Notes under the pieces: generated by a model
Told to the model about the DNA's origin: nothing
The model's database searches: none
Seen by the model: the letters and a program-made list of their open reading frames with translations, nothing else
Part shown: in pieces, positions 1 through 8,994 of the stretch
How the letters are laid out: the number at the start of each line of letters is the position of its first letter
How positions within the stretch are numbered: position 1 is the stretch's first letter
Sequence record: MN508624.2
Length of the DNA: 64,000 nucleotides
Source of the DNA: Enterobacter phage EC-F2
Reading direction: 5' to 3' (one strand)
Program-made: the position numbers and the translations under genes

Positions 1-1
1 C

Positions 2-601
2 TCTATGGAACTCGCACAGGAACGCGGTGCATGTGGACTGTTCCACGAAACGAAATATGCACAAGGGCTGTTGCCTATTGACTGGTACTGCAAAAACGTT
101 GATGAACTGGCATCACCTGTGTATAACTGCGATTGGGAATGGTTACGCGGTGAAATCAAAAAACATGGCTTGCGTAACTCAACGCTTTCTGCTTTAATGC
201 CTTGTGAAAGTAGCTCGCAGGTAAGTAACTCAACCAACGGGATTGAACCCCCACGCGGCCCTGTGAGTGTGAAATCTTCGAAAGAAGGTTCATTCAATCA
301 GGTAGTACCAAACCAGAATAATCAGATTGACTTCTATGATTATCTCTGGACAATGGCAAAACGTGGAAACAAAGGTTATCTGTCTCATGTAGCGGTTATG
401 CAGAAGTTTGTTGATCAGGCTATCTCTGCAAACACAAACTATGATCCGGCTAACTTCCCAGATGGTAAAGTGAAATCTGAAATCATCCTTGAAGATCTGC
501 TGTATGCAAACTATTTCGGCATCAAAACGCTGTACTACCACAACACCCGCGACGGTGCAGGTGAGGAAGAAGCGGAAGATTGCGAAGGTTGCAAAATTTG
601 A
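2..601 (+). CDS. nrdA: ribonucleotide reductase alpha subunit NrdA, C-terminal fragment (gene continues upstream of window)
   Basis: In-frame ORF reaching the window edge. The acidic Cys-containing C-terminal tail (EEEAEDCEGCKI) is typical of class Ia NrdA. It is immediately followed by nrdB, as in T4. Confidence 0.8.
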   Translation, partial: SMELAQERGACGLFHETKYAQGLLPIDWYCKNVDELASPVYNCDWEWLRGEIKKHGLRNSTLSALMPCESSSQVSNSTNGIEPPRGPVSVKSSKEGSFNQVVPNQNNQIDFYDYLWTMAKRGNKGYLSHVAVMQKFVDQAISANTNYDPANFPDGKVKSEIILEDLLYANYFGIKTLYYHNTRDGAGEEEAEDCEGCKI

Positions 602-607
602 TTCAAT

Positions 608-626
608 GCCCCTTCGGGGGCTTTTT
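608..626 (+). terminator. GC hairpin gccccttcgggggc + T5 between nrdA and nrdB
   Basis: Perfect 5-bp stem with tetraloop followed by a T-run, seen directly in the sequence. Confidence 0.5.
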
Positions 627-639
627 ATAAGGTAAATCC

Positions 640-1815
640 ATGTTAACTGTAATGAACACAAACCCAGATCACAAACACTTAGAACAGCCTATGTTCTTTG
701 GTGAGGATACGGGCGTAGCACGATACGAAGAACAGAAACACCGTGTATTCGAAACCCTGACTGAAAAACAACTGTCATTCTTCTGGCGACCGGAAGAAGT
801 GGATCTGTCTATCGACCGTATGCAGTACGCGAAAATGCCGGAACACGAAAAAATCATTTTCGATTCAAACCTGCAATATCAAACCCTGCTGGATACCATT
901 CAGGGGCGCGGCCCGAACCTGGCGTTCCTCCCTATCGCTTCCGATGTCTCAATGGAAACGTGGATCGAAACATGGGCGTTCAGTGAAACAATCCATAGCC
1001 GCAGTTACACGCACATTCAGCGCAACCTACACATCGACCCGTCGAAAGAGTTCGATAAGATTCTGCGCAACGAAGCGATCATGAAACGTTCTGCTTCCAT
1101 GACAAAATACTACGATGATCTGATCGCAGAATGTCATGAACTGAAAAATATTGTACTCAAGCTGGAACTGTTTACCTCTCACGGATACCCAGACGAATCG
1201 ATCGCAGAGTACGAGAAGAAACGCAAAGAGCAAATGCGTAAATGCAAGGTTGCTCTATACCTGTGTATGCACGCTGTCAACGCTCTGGAAGCGATCCGCT
1301 TCTACGTGTCGTTTACCTTCACGTTCAACTTTGCCGAACAAGGCAAGATGGAAGGTAACGCGAAGATCATGCGTCTGATTGCCCGTGATGAAGCACTTCA
1401 CCAGAAAGGCACTCAAAGCAAGATCCGACTCTGGCAGATGGGTAAAGATGACCCAGAAATGGCGGAAATCGCTTACCAGTACGAAGAGGAAGCGACAAAG
1501 ATTTTCCTGGAAGTATACGAACAGGAAAAAGAATGGGCTGAACACCTGTTCTCTATCGGTGATGTAGACGGCGTATCCCTGAAAAGTACGATCGCCTATA
1601 TTGAACACCTGACGGATCAGCGTATGCGCGCGGTTGGCTTGCAGTCTCCATTTAAACCAACGCCGAACCCGTATCCATGGATGAACAAATGGTTGAAGTC
1701 TGACAACGTACAGGTAGCCCCGCAAGAGGTTGAAGTAAGTTCTTACCTGGTTGGCAACCTCAACACTGAGATCAGCGACGAAGCCTATGCAAAATGGCGA
1801 CAAAAATACGCTTGA
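640..1815 (+). CDS. nrdB: ribonucleotide reductase beta subunit NrdB (391 aa), uninterrupted by an intron
   Basis: 391-aa ORF with ferritin-like R2 features. Position after nrdA matches T4. Confidence 0.85.
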   Translation: MLTVMNTNPDHKHLEQPMFFGEDTGVARYEEQKHRVFETLTEKQLSFFWRPEEVDLSIDRMQYAKMPEHEKIIFDSNLQYQTLLDTIQGRGPNLAFLPIASDVSMETWIETWAFSETIHSRSYTHIQRNLHIDPSKEFDKILRNEAIMKRSASMTKYYDDLIAECHELKNIVLKLELFTSHGYPDESIAEYEKKRKEQMRKCKVALYLCMHAVNALEAIRFYVSFTFTFNFAEQGKMEGNAKIMRLIARDEALHQKGTQSKIRLWQMGKDDPEMAEIAYQYEEEATKIFLEVYEQEKEWAEHLFSIGDVDGVSLKSTIAYIEHLTDQRMRAVGLQSPFKPTPNPYPWMNKWLKSDNVQVAPQEVEVSSYLVGNLNTEISDEAYAKWRQKYA

Positions 1816-2098
1816 TTGTCGCGTCGTAAACAAGTATAAAAGTGATTGGGATGTCGATATTCAAAGAGGTACGAAGTTCGGCAATCCCTTTTACAAGGGA
1901 ACACGGGGTGAAAACATTCTTAACTTCATCCCGTATTTCCAAAACTTGATTCGAACTGGCGTGATCACAATCGACGAACTGAAAGAACTGGACGGGAAGC
2001 GGTTAGGCTGTAGTTGCAAACCCTTACCGTGTCACGGTGATTATATTGCTCACTGCGTCAATGTGTTGACCGGAAAGGTGAATAAGTTGGATATATAA
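1787..2098 (+). CDS. DUF4326-family protein (GNPF...C-x-C...CHGD motif); alternative TTG start at 1751
   Basis: Motifs FGNPFYKG and GCSCKPLPCHGD. Its stop overlaps the denA start (TAATG). Confidence 0.55.
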   Translation: MQNGDKNTLDCRVVNKYKSDWDVDIQRGTKFGNPFYKGTRGENILNFIPYFQNLIRTGVITIDELKELDGKRLGCSCKPLPCHGDYIAHCVNVLTGKVNKLDI

Positions 2099-2517
2099 TG
2101 GACGATGTAACGTTTGGTGTAATATTTCCTTTGCGTCTGGGTTCAGACAAAAGGATAGATCGGAGTTTTGTTAAATGTGGCGAATTCCGGCATTGTGTGT
2201 ATTTTATTGAAATCGACGGTCGGATAGTGTATGTTGGAAAATGTCGTGATTTGTGGAAGCGGTTAGACACATACCGCAATTCGAAATACTGGCGGGAAGC
2301 AAACCCCAGTAACATTTTGAAAACCGCACGTCTGGAAATGGCAATCAAAAAACGTAAGCGTGTAAATCTTATCGTGACAACACACGATGAAGAAACATAT
2401 CATGATTTTGAAATAAACATGATCCGAAAAATCAATCCTGAATGGAACAAACAGCACTATGACAAATCTAACCAAAAATCAGAAAACCTTATTCAACCAG
2501 TTGATGAAACTGTGTAA
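2098..2517 (+). CDS. denA: GIY-YIG endonuclease II (DenA-like)
   Basis: VYFIEIDGRIVYVGKC...YRN matches the GIY-YIG motif. 139 aa against T4 DenA 136 aa. Located between nrdB and gene 63, as in T4. Confidence 0.75.
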   Translation: MDDVTFGVIFPLRLGSDKRIDRSFVKCGEFRHCVYFIEIDGRIVYVGKCRDLWKRLDTYRNSKYWREANPSNILKTARLEMAIKKRKRVNLIVTTHDEETYHDFEINMIRKINPEWNKQHYDKSNQKSENLIQPVDETV

Positions 2518-3616
2518 CGAAAGCGAATGCTTCTACTTCATTGATCAAAAAACTGTGATGCAAACCAATGTTCGCATCTTTAACTATCGCATGGCGAGCT
2601 ATTCCGACTGGTTAAAACCTGGTGCGCTGGAATGTCGCGGCATCATGTTTGTAATGGATGGGGATACCCCCGTAAAACTCGCCAGTCGCCCTATGGAGAA
2701 GTTTTTCAACTATGCTGAGGTAAAGGCATGGGAAGCACTGAAAGCCTCTCCTGTGACGATTGGTGAAACCGTAGTGGATGTGATGATTAAGGAAGATGGT
2801 TCCCTGATCTCCACCTTCTGTGATTCCGGCTATCTGGGTGTTAAGTCTAAAGCATCCGTTCAATCTGAACAGGCTATGGACGCTATGAGCGTGATCCAGA
2901 CTAACCGCGCATTGTTCGATCGCCTGACCGAACTGGTTAACGATGGTTTCACAGTCAACATGGAATACGTCGCACCGACAAACCGTATTGTAATTGGCTA
3001 TCAGGAACCAGCAGTGGTGATCCTGAACATCCGTAATAACGACACGGGCGAATATGTCGATTATCAGGATATCTTCGCAGATGGTGTATTACGTCCGTTC
3101 CTGGTTGAGCGCGAGAAAATCGAAATCACCGATCTGGATGCGTTCATTACCGAAGCCTACACGAAAGAAGGTTTCGAGGGTTACGTGATCAAAACTGATA
3201 AAGGTTTTGTAAAAGCGAAAACCAACTGGTATGTAAACCTTCACCGCACGAAGGATAGCATCAACAATAACAAAGATCTGTTTTTAAATATTGTTGAAAA
3301 TACCGTCGATGACCTGAAACAAATGTTCCTCGATGATATGTACGCACTCAAGAAAATTGACGCATTCGAAACGTTATTCCTTGATAGTCTGAATCGTCTG
3401 ACTGCAAAAGCATTCCAGGCAATCGAAGACACGAAAGGCAAATCACGCAAAGACTACGCGATCGCCCTGAGCGCAGACTTAACCCCTGACGGTCGTATCA
3501 TCTTCGGGCCTATGATGCGTTATTTCGATGATACCGATAAGCAAAAGCTGGTCGATAACATCGTTGCATTAATGGCGAAGAACTACGAACAGTTTATACC
3601 GGAAGAATATAAATGA
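2459..3616 (+). CDS. rnlA: RNA ligase 1 (T4 gene 63 / RnlA)
   Basis: Strong similarity to T4 Rnl1 (LFNQLMKLC, YASYSDWLKPGALECRGIMF, ASRPMEKFFN, C-terminal FIPEEY). Confidence 0.9.
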   Translation: MTNLTKNQKTLFNQLMKLCNESECFYFIDQKTVMQTNVRIFNYRMASYSDWLKPGALECRGIMFVMDGDTPVKLASRPMEKFFNYAEVKAWEALKASPVTIGETVVDVMIKEDGSLISTFCDSGYLGVKSKASVQSEQAMDAMSVIQTNRALFDRLTELVNDGFTVNMEYVAPTNRIVIGYQEPAVVILNIRNNDTGEYVDYQDIFADGVLRPFLVEREKIEITDLDAFITEAYTKEGFEGYVIKTDKGFVKAKTNWYVNLHRTKDSINNNKDLFLNIVENTVDDLKQMFLDDMYALKKIDAFETLFLDSLNRLTAKAFQAIEDTKGKSRKDYAIALSADLTPDGRIIFGPMMRYFDDTDKQKLVDNIVALMAKNYEQFIPEEYK

Positions 3617-3939
3617 CATTACCAGCCTTTCCAAAGTTAACTTCTTTGGTGTGGCCTGTGCTTGTTGCCCTGTCTTTGGCAGGGCTTTTGTACATGACAA
3701 TCACGCTAAAGAGCGAAAACGATCAATTGGCTAAAGATATCAAAGAGTTACAGGCTGATATCAAAAAAGTCAAAGAGACAAACAACACCAATACGGTGAT
3801 CTATGTCGAACAAAAAGGTAAGGATCAGCAGTTGGTCAAGGATGCCGGACGTAAAGATCTGCTGTTCAAGAAACCAGGACTGATCGAAATCAAGATCAAC
3901 AAGTCCTTCGAAGAGTATATGGCGGAGTACGACAAATGA
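3613..3939 (+). CDS. i-spanin (Rz-like; T4 PseT.3 analog)
   Basis: N-terminal TM segment followed by a charged coiled-coil. Sits upstream of pnk with an overlapping start/stop. Confidence 0.65.
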   Translation: MTLPAFPKLTSLVWPVLVALSLAGLLYMTITLKSENDQLAKDIKELQADIKKVKETNNTNTVIYVEQKGKDQQLVKDAGRKDLLFKKPGLIEIKINKSFEEYMAEYDK

Positions 3940-4253
3940 AAATTGCAACGTTAGCCCTTGTTCTGGGCGTTCTGTTGGTCGGGTGTGCTGAGAAGCCCCC
4001 AGAAAAGATTTTGCCTACGCTCCCCGCTAAGGTGAATCCGGTGAATGTGAAATGGAAAGTGGTTGCAGAAGTCCGAGAGATTGACGGTAAAAAATACCTT
4101 GTCATGCCTTATGACGGAAACCCATACGTTGCCCTTTCATATCCCGATTCGTTAATCTTCCGTAGTTGGATGAATGACGTTAAGCGTCAGAAAGACCAGA
4201 CGGATAACATTCTGTGTACCGTGGGATACCCTGAGAAATGCAAGTCAAAATAA
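3936..4253 (+). CDS. o-spanin lipoprotein (Rz1-like; T4 PseT.2 analog)
   Basis: Signal peptide with LVGC lipobox. Partner of the upstream i-spanin. Confidence 0.65.
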   Translation: MKIATLALVLGVLLVGCAEKPPEKILPTLPAKVNPVNVKWKVVAEVREIDGKKYLVMPYDGNPYVALSYPDSLIFRSWMNDVKRQKDQTDNILCTVGYPEKCKSK

Positions 4254-4405
4254 TTGATACATTCTTTGATGACTTGACGGTCGGAAAGGTGTATGATGCT
4301 GTAGAATCCAAAAATGAACTATTGATTGATAGCGATTGGGGGATTGCAGTCAATCTGCATACCGAAGCCAATCAGGAACTAATTGAATATGAGATCTTGA
4401 AATGA
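4238..4405 (+). CDS. hypothetical 55-aa protein (not in ORF track, <60 aa)
   Basis: ATG at 4238 runs to TGA 4403-4405, which overlaps the pnk ATG (ATGA coupling). MQVKIIDTFFDD... Confidence 0.4.
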   Translation: MQVKIIDTFFDDLTVGKVYDAVESKNELLIDSDWGIAVNLHTEANQELIEYEILK

Positions 4406-5289
4406 ATCTGTTTATTACTGTAGGCGTACCAGGTAGCGGGAAAACTACATGGGCGAAAGAAAAAGCTCGTCAACTGGGGAACACGCTGACTGTTTCCCGT
4501 GACGATATCCGCAAAACCCTTTACTGTGCTGGCGGTGATCTCACTGGCTATCGCTTCACCGAAGAGAAAGAACTGTTTGTTTGCCGTGTGCAAGAAGATA
4601 CAGTTCGTAATGCCCTGGCGAGTGGAAAGAACGTTATCGTTCACAATACCCATTTACACCAAAAAGATCATGATGCGTGGCGAGCAATTGCGAAAGAGTT
4701 CGATGCTGATTTCCATATTGAATGGATTGATTCCGATATTGTAGAACTCCTGAAACGAAACCATAAACGCGGTGTGAATGCTCTGCCTGTTTCCCGTGTC
4801 TGGGCGATGTTCGAACAGTACCGTAAACTCCGTGGCTGGGTTCCGGCTATGAGCTATGCAGATCCGACGAAACCAAAATGCGTTATCTTCGACGTTGACG
4901 GGACTCTAACCAAAGTCGGACAACGTAGCCCGTATGATTTCACGAAAGTAATCAACGATCCGGCTAACCCTCCTGTGCAAGAACTGTTCAGGATGTATAA
5001 GGCCGCTGGCTATGCCTGTGTTGTCGTATCGGGGCGTGAGGGTACTGCGCAGTGCGCACATGATACCGCTGCAAGCCTGATCGGATATGGTGTTGACCTG
5101 AGCGATGGTATCTACATGCGAGAAGAAGGTGATCATCGTCACGATATTCACGTAAAAGAGCAAATACTTGTTGAAAAGATTCTCGATAAGTATTATCCTG
5201 TTCTTGCAGTGGACGACAGGGATACACCAGTCGGGATGTGGCGAATGAACGGTATCCCGTGTTTCCAGGTTGATTACGGCGACTTCTAA
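4402..5289 (+). CDS. pseT: polynucleotide 5'-kinase/3'-phosphatase (PseT/Pnk)
   Basis: Walker A GVPGSGKTTWA plus HAD motif VIFDVDGTL. Co-linear with T4 Pnk. Confidence 0.9.
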   Translation: MNLFITVGVPGSGKTTWAKEKARQLGNTLTVSRDDIRKTLYCAGGDLTGYRFTEEKELFVCRVQEDTVRNALASGKNVIVHNTHLHQKDHDAWRAIAKEFDADFHIEWIDSDIVELLKRNHKRGVNALPVSRVWAMFEQYRKLRGWVPAMSYADPTKPKCVIFDVDGTLTKVGQRSPYDFTKVINDPANPPVQELFRMYKAAGYACVVVSGREGTAQCAHDTAASLIGYGVDLSDGIYMREEGDHRHDIHVKEQILVEKILDKYYPVLAVDDRDTPVGMWRMNGIPCFQVDYGDF

Positions 5290-5296
5290 AAAACAG

Positions 5297-5324
5297 TTGA
5301 CAGTGAGTGCGGGTGTGATAAGAT
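5297..5324 (+). promoter_or_regulatory. sigma70-type early promoter TTGACA-N16-TAAGAT
   Basis: -35 at 5297-5302 and -10 at 5319-5324, upstream of the 5350 ORF. Confidence 0.5.
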
Positions 5325-5349
5325 ACCCGCACAAACAAAGGAGAATATT

Positions 5350-5616
5350 ATGGTTATTCGTGAAAATGAAAATGTGATGGTTGAACTGGGTGATCGTGTT
5401 AAAGTTGAGAATCCTGTTGAACTTCAACTGAAACTCAACCAGTTAGGCCAGCGCATTGCTGATAAAATTCCTGCTGGTTATACAGTGAAGATTGTCCGCG
5501 ATGGTCAGTTCTCCTTCCTTCTGGGTATTCTGAGTCAACGTAACATCGTTGAACAACAGTTCGGGATTCAGTGGAATCCGGTAACTAAATTCGTAACATG
5601 GGCGGCAGTATTATGA
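5350..5616 (+). CDS. hypothetical protein (88 aa)
   Basis: ORF with SD aaaggag upstream. Confidence 0.5.
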   Translation: MVIRENENVMVELGDRVKVENPVELQLKLNQLGQRIADKIPAGYTVKIVRDGQFSFLLGILSQRNIVEQQFGIQWNPVTKFVTWAAVL

Positions 5617-5867
5617 GTGACAAAATCAGAAAGATTCATCAGGCATGGCTCTGTACTGAACCAACGATGCTTCGTTATGGTTGTGTGTTTGGGTTGGTTG
5701 ATAATGATCCTCAACAGGACATTGCAACAAGTCCGGTTGTTGAATACGCGATTCCGGCGAACAAATCGTTTGTTGAAGTGGTGACACGTTCAGGTACTAC
5801 GTATCACATCGTCAACCCTGATAACGATTTCATCAAAGACATTCTGAAATATATGGATGACCGTTAA
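5613..5867 (+). CDS. hypothetical protein (84 aa; ATGA overlap with previous)
   Basis: ATG 5613 overlaps stop 5614-5616 of the upstream ORF. Confidence 0.45.
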   Translation: MSDKIRKIHQAWLCTEPTMLRYGCVFGLVDNDPQQDIATSPVVEYAIPANKSFVEVVTRSGTTYHIVNPDNDFIKDILKYMDDR

Positions 5868-6397
5868 TGAAATTCAAAGTAATGAATATGCTGAGAGCAA
5901 TCGATCGGAGTCAACGTTCTCAATGTATTTCGAATCGTGTAGGTGCTATTATCGCGATTGGTGGTCGTGCCGTCGCGTGGGGCGAAAATAATACGGTTGA
6001 CCTTGATTGTCGTTGCAACTCATGCAACAATCATATGGTGAATGATGACGGTAAACTGAAAGCGGTTGATCGTCCTGAACATTCAGCATGGTCAAACGAT
6101 AACGAAATTCATGCAGAAATGAAAGCGCTATTGAGTGCGCACACAAGAGGTGTTATACTCAAAGACGCAGCACTTTACACAACTGCATCGCCTTGCCCTA
6201 ACTGCGCGAAACATATCGAATGGTATGTTGCTAACGGGGCGATTACATCGGTGTATTATCTCGATAAATACGATCGTGGTAATGATGAATGGATTTCACG
6301 CTTGCAGAAATATGGCTGTGTCGTGGAACAAATTAAACGGGAAGAGTTAGAATCGTTTATCGACTTTTCCAAAGTAGTGTTTAACAACAATGAGTAA
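5867..6397 (+). CDS. cd: dCMP deaminase
   Basis: HAEMKAL and PCPNCAK zinc-binding motifs of cytidine/deoxycytidylate deaminases. T4 synteny pseT-cd-31. Confidence 0.8.
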   Translation: MKFKVMNMLRAIDRSQRSQCISNRVGAIIAIGGRAVAWGENNTVDLDCRCNSCNNHMVNDDGKLKAVDRPEHSAWSNDNEIHAEMKALLSAHTRGVILKDAALYTTASPCPNCAKHIEWYVANGAITSVYYLDKYDRGNDEWISRLQKYGCVVEQIKREELESFIDFSKVVFNNNE

Positions 6398-6746
6398 AGA
6401 AATGTCTGAACTGAAAGTAAAAGCATCCGGCGAATATGTGATCATCGAAGCTACTGCGCGTCCGCAGGGTTCCGAAATCAAATCTGAATCTGGTATCGTG
6501 GTTGGTGTACGCCAGCACGGGGAACAACCTTTTTATGGTAAAGTTGTTTCTGTAGGCGTAGACGTTCCAGCAGAAGCGGCAGAACGAATCCTGGGTAAAT
6601 ATATTCCACTGCCAAGCGCTCACATGGCGAATGTTCCTGACCCTGATCTGGTTGCGGGTTACATTTCCGAAAAAGAAGCAAAAGAGAAGGAAACAAAATA
6701 CGTTTCCGCACATTACAAAGCAATCCAGGCAATCTACGAGATCTAA
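6390..6746 (+). CDS. 31: co-chaperonin GroES-like gp31
   Basis: Aligns with T4 gp31 (GEYVII, SGIVVG, C-terminal HYKAIQAIYEI vs CHYKAIPCLYK). Confidence 0.8.
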   Translation: MSKEMSELKVKASGEYVIIEATARPQGSEIKSESGIVVGVRQHGEQPFYGKVVSVGVDVPAEAAERILGKYIPLPSAHMANVPDPDLVAGYISEKEAKEKETKYVSAHYKAIQAIYEI

Positions 6747-6748
6747 AA

Positions 6749-7000
6749 ATGGCTAAATCAATTCAAGCAATTATCGCTGATACCGTCAGCAAATCCAAAA
6801 AGCTGTTCGACAAAGGCGAAATTCTGGAAGCCCCAGCGCGTATTGACGTAATGACAGCAATGATCATTGATGCGCATCAGGGTAAACTTAAATCCCGTGC
6901 CGATGAAGTCATGGCGTACATCGTCCAGTTCGAAGACGTATGTAAGTACGCGAAAGATGTTGATCCGTTGGTTCGCGAGATCTATCGCAAACAGTTCTAA
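6749..7000 (+). CDS. rIII: RIII-like lysis-inhibition accessory protein
   Basis: 83 aa. Positioned immediately after gene 31 as in T4, with a helical charged composition. Confidence 0.5.
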   Translation: MAKSIQAIIADTVSKSKKLFDKGEILEAPARIDVMTAMIIDAHQGKLKSRADEVMAYIVQFEDVCKYAKDVDPLVREIYRKQF

Positions 7001-7007
7001 AAATTCC

Positions 7008-7084
7008 GGCCCTTTAGCTTAATTGGTTAGAGCGGGTGACTCATAATCGCGCGGTTGCTGGTTCAAGTCCAGCAGGGGCCACCA
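7008..7084 (+). tRNA. tRNA with anticodon CAT (Met, or Ile2 if lysidinylated), CCA encoded
   Basis: Cloverleaf checked by hand: acceptor ggccctt/aggggcc, anticodon loop ctCATaa, T-loop GGTTCAAGTCC. Confidence 0.8.
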
Positions 7085-7089
7085 AATAC

Positions 7090-7165
7090 GCAGGTGTAGT
7101 TCAATTGGTAGAATATCTGGTTTCCATCCAGATTGTTGAGGGTTCGAGTCCCTTCACCTGCTCCA
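7090..7165 (+). tRNA. tRNA-Gly (anticodon TCC), CCA encoded
   Basis: Acceptor gcaggtg/cacctgc, anticodon loop ttTCCat, T-loop GGTTCGAGTCC. Confidence 0.8.
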
Positions 7166-7310
7166 ATTCGGGTGCGTAGCGCAATGCCGTTAAATGGTTC
7201 GGAATATGCAACCTTATCGTATGCGATAGGCTCTGTTGGTATCCGGTAATAGGTTCCCCGGAATGCGGGGTGAAGTAAAGAAACTTCCAGCCCACAAATT
7301 TAAAAGAGAA
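7166..7310 (+). ncRNA. possible small stable RNA downstream of tRNAs (T4 rnaC/rnaD-like position)
   Basis: Non-coding 145-nt stretch with hairpins (e.g. ccccggaatgcgggg). Not a tRNA. Confidence 0.2.
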
Positions 7311-7314
7311 AAAT

Positions 7315-7734
7315 ATGAAAGGTCTTCAAAAGCTGTTTGAGTTAACCCCAAAAATTCGCGAAATCGTCGCTGCATCAACTGAAAAAGAAATCAACGGTAA
7401 ATTGATGAAACTGTTTACCGAAGAAATCACTGATTTCGATAAAGAATATCGTAAAGCGTTCGATGCGTATTCTGTTGATGGTTTCTTTGCATCACCGCAG
7501 GTGAATAGCAAACACGAATATCATCGACGATTCTTTGACTGGTCGATCGTCAATATCGTTCGTCGAACTGATATCGAACCTACGAACCATCAGTTGATCT
7601 CTATAGATTCTTCTGTATTCTTTATCCAGTACCTTATCACTGGTGGATTTAAAGCAGAAGGTATCCCGTTCTGTAACGAAGCTCTGGAAGAAGAGTTCGC
7701 AGAAGCGTATAAGTATATCAAAGCAGTTCGTTAA
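7315..7734 (+). CDS. hypothetical protein (139 aa)
   Basis: ORF with SD gagaaa upstream. Confidence 0.55.
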   Translation: MKGLQKLFELTPKIREIVAASTEKEINGKLMKLFTEEITDFDKEYRKAFDAYSVDGFFASPQVNSKHEYHRRFFDWSIVNIVRRTDIEPTNHQLISIDSSVFFIQYLITGGFKAEGIPFCNEALEEEFAEAYKYIKAVR

Positions 7735-7739
7735 TCAAC

Positions 7740-7765
7740 AGGCTATCTTCGGATAGCCTTTTTTC
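7740..7765 (+). terminator. hairpin aggctatcttcggatagcct + T6
   Basis: Perfect 8-bp stem with tetraloop and T-run. Confidence 0.55.
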
Positions 7766-7776
7766 TGGAGAAGCAT

Positions 7777-8346
7777 ATGCGCTTTTTGAAATACGCAAGC
7801 TGGCTTGTACTGGTTCCCCTGGATATTCTTTCGGGTGTTCTGGCTATTCTGCTGGCTCCTTTCGTGGTTCCGTTCTACAGTGACGAAACCGGACACTTAC
7901 CTAAAGGGTTCCGTTGGATGGAAACATTCGATAACCCGATCGATGGTGATGGTGGACATATCCGGCGTTGGGCTAACATCCGGTATCACTTAGGCGATCT
8001 GGGTGTGTATGCGCAACGTGTAGGCTGGTTGTGGCGTAACAAAGCGTACAACTTCGCTTATCACGTCTTAGGGCGTGAAGCACAGTCAGACTTCGCCTGG
8101 AAGGGCAACCCGAAAACAGAAGGTGGTTCCGATCCTTCGCGTCACGGTTATCTGTTGATGTGGAATGATTCGGCATGGGGGCTTTATGTCTTCAAACCGT
8201 GGCTTAAAGTCGGAAAGGTTCAGTTCTGCTTACGCGTGTATTGCGGGTGGAAACTGAAACAGGAAGTAACTGACCCTAACGGGCTGGATCGTGCAATGCT
8301 GGCGTTCCATATCAACCCGTTACGTTATTATGTCGTAGAAAGGTAA
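7777..8346 (+). CDS. hypothetical membrane-anchored protein (189 aa)
   Basis: N-terminal hydrophobic segment, Trp-rich. Confidence 0.55.
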   Translation: MRFLKYASWLVLVPLDILSGVLAILLAPFVVPFYSDETGHLPKGFRWMETFDNPIDGDGGHIRRWANIRYHLGDLGVYAQRVGWLWRNKAYNFAYHVLGREAQSDFAWKGNPKTEGGSDPSRHGYLLMWNDSAWGLYVFKPWLKVGKVQFCLRVYCGWKLKQEVTDPNGLDRAMLAFHINPLRYYVVER

Positions 8347-8350
8347 TACA

Positions 8351-8713
8351 ATGAAAGCATATCAGATTTTAGAAGGTTTACACACTGGTACAATCTACCT
8401 GGAAGAAGGTAATGATGTTCGTGTGGTGGTATCCAAAACCCTCGAAATGGATTCAGTGATCGGTAAAGCTCGCGTTGCTCCATTCGCAAAACGTGAAGTT
8501 GATATTGAATTTCAACCCACTGTTAAAGTGGAAGGTGGACAACACTTAAACGTAAACGTGTTGCGTCGCGAAACTCTGGAAGATGCTGTGAAGCATCCAG
8601 AAAAATACCCACAGTTAACGATCCGTGTGTCCGGCTATGCAGTGCGTTTCAATTCACTGACTCCTGAACAACAGCGCGACGTTATCGCCCGAACCTTTAC
8701 AGAGAGTCTATAA
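8351..8713 (+). CDS. grcA: autonomous glycyl-radical cofactor (GrcA/YfiD-like; T4 Y06I-type spare part)
   Basis: C-terminus ...[62 protein letters not shown] carries the RVSGY glycyl-radical signature. Confidence 0.8.
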   Translation: MKAYQILEGLHTGTIYLEEGNDVRVVVSKTLEMDSVIGKARVAPFAKREVDIEFQPTVKVEGGQHLNVNVLRRETLEDAVKHPEKYPQLTIRVSGYAVRFNSLTPEQQRDVIARTFTESL

Positions 8714-8994
8714 TGGCGATTGAAGACGTACAGGGCTATAAGCCCCATTCGAAAGAAAAGATCGACAAAGTAAACCGCATCAAGGCCGCAGAAGTTGCCC
8801 TGGGCGAAATCTTCAAAGAACTGGATGAAGAGTATTCAAGTGATTACGCGGTATCAGATACCGATTCATTCACTACAGAAGAACTCGATGCGATGCTTGA
8901 ACGTATCCATCAAATCCAAAAGGCGAAAGACCGACTGAAAGAAGCCTCTATGTGGGCGTGTCGCGCGGTGTTCCAGCCCGAAGAAAAGTATTAA
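8713..8994 (+). CDS. hypothetical acidic protein (93 aa)
   Basis: ATGG overlap with the grcA stop. Confidence 0.5.
   Translation: MAIEDVQGYKPHSKEKIDKVNRIKAAEVALGEIFKELDEEYSSDYAVSDTDSFTTEELDAMLERIHQIQKAKDRLKEASMWACRAVFQPEEKY

Noticed and set aside
290-661. 123-aa minus-strand ORF antisense to nrdA
   Set aside because: It is fully embedded antisense in the conserved NrdA C-terminus, with no SD and no conservation argument. This is a typical shadow ORF.
640-1815. Group I intron / I-TevIII-like insertion in nrdB (as in T4)
   Set aside because: nrdB is a single uninterrupted 391-aa frame of normal length, and no intron-like stop-rich insert is present.
1255-1833. 192-aa minus-strand ORF inside nrdB
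   Set aside because: Antisense to a well-supported conserved gene, so a shadow ORF.
7101-7295. 64-aa minus-strand ORF across the tRNA-Gly / downstream RNA region
   Set aside because: It overlaps a validated tRNA, so it is an artefact of the structured RNA region.
7166-7310. Possible third tRNA after tRNA-Gly
   Set aside because: No acceptor stem with 3' CCA and no T-loop GTTCRA in the correct register could be folded. It is kept only as a low-confidence ncRNA.
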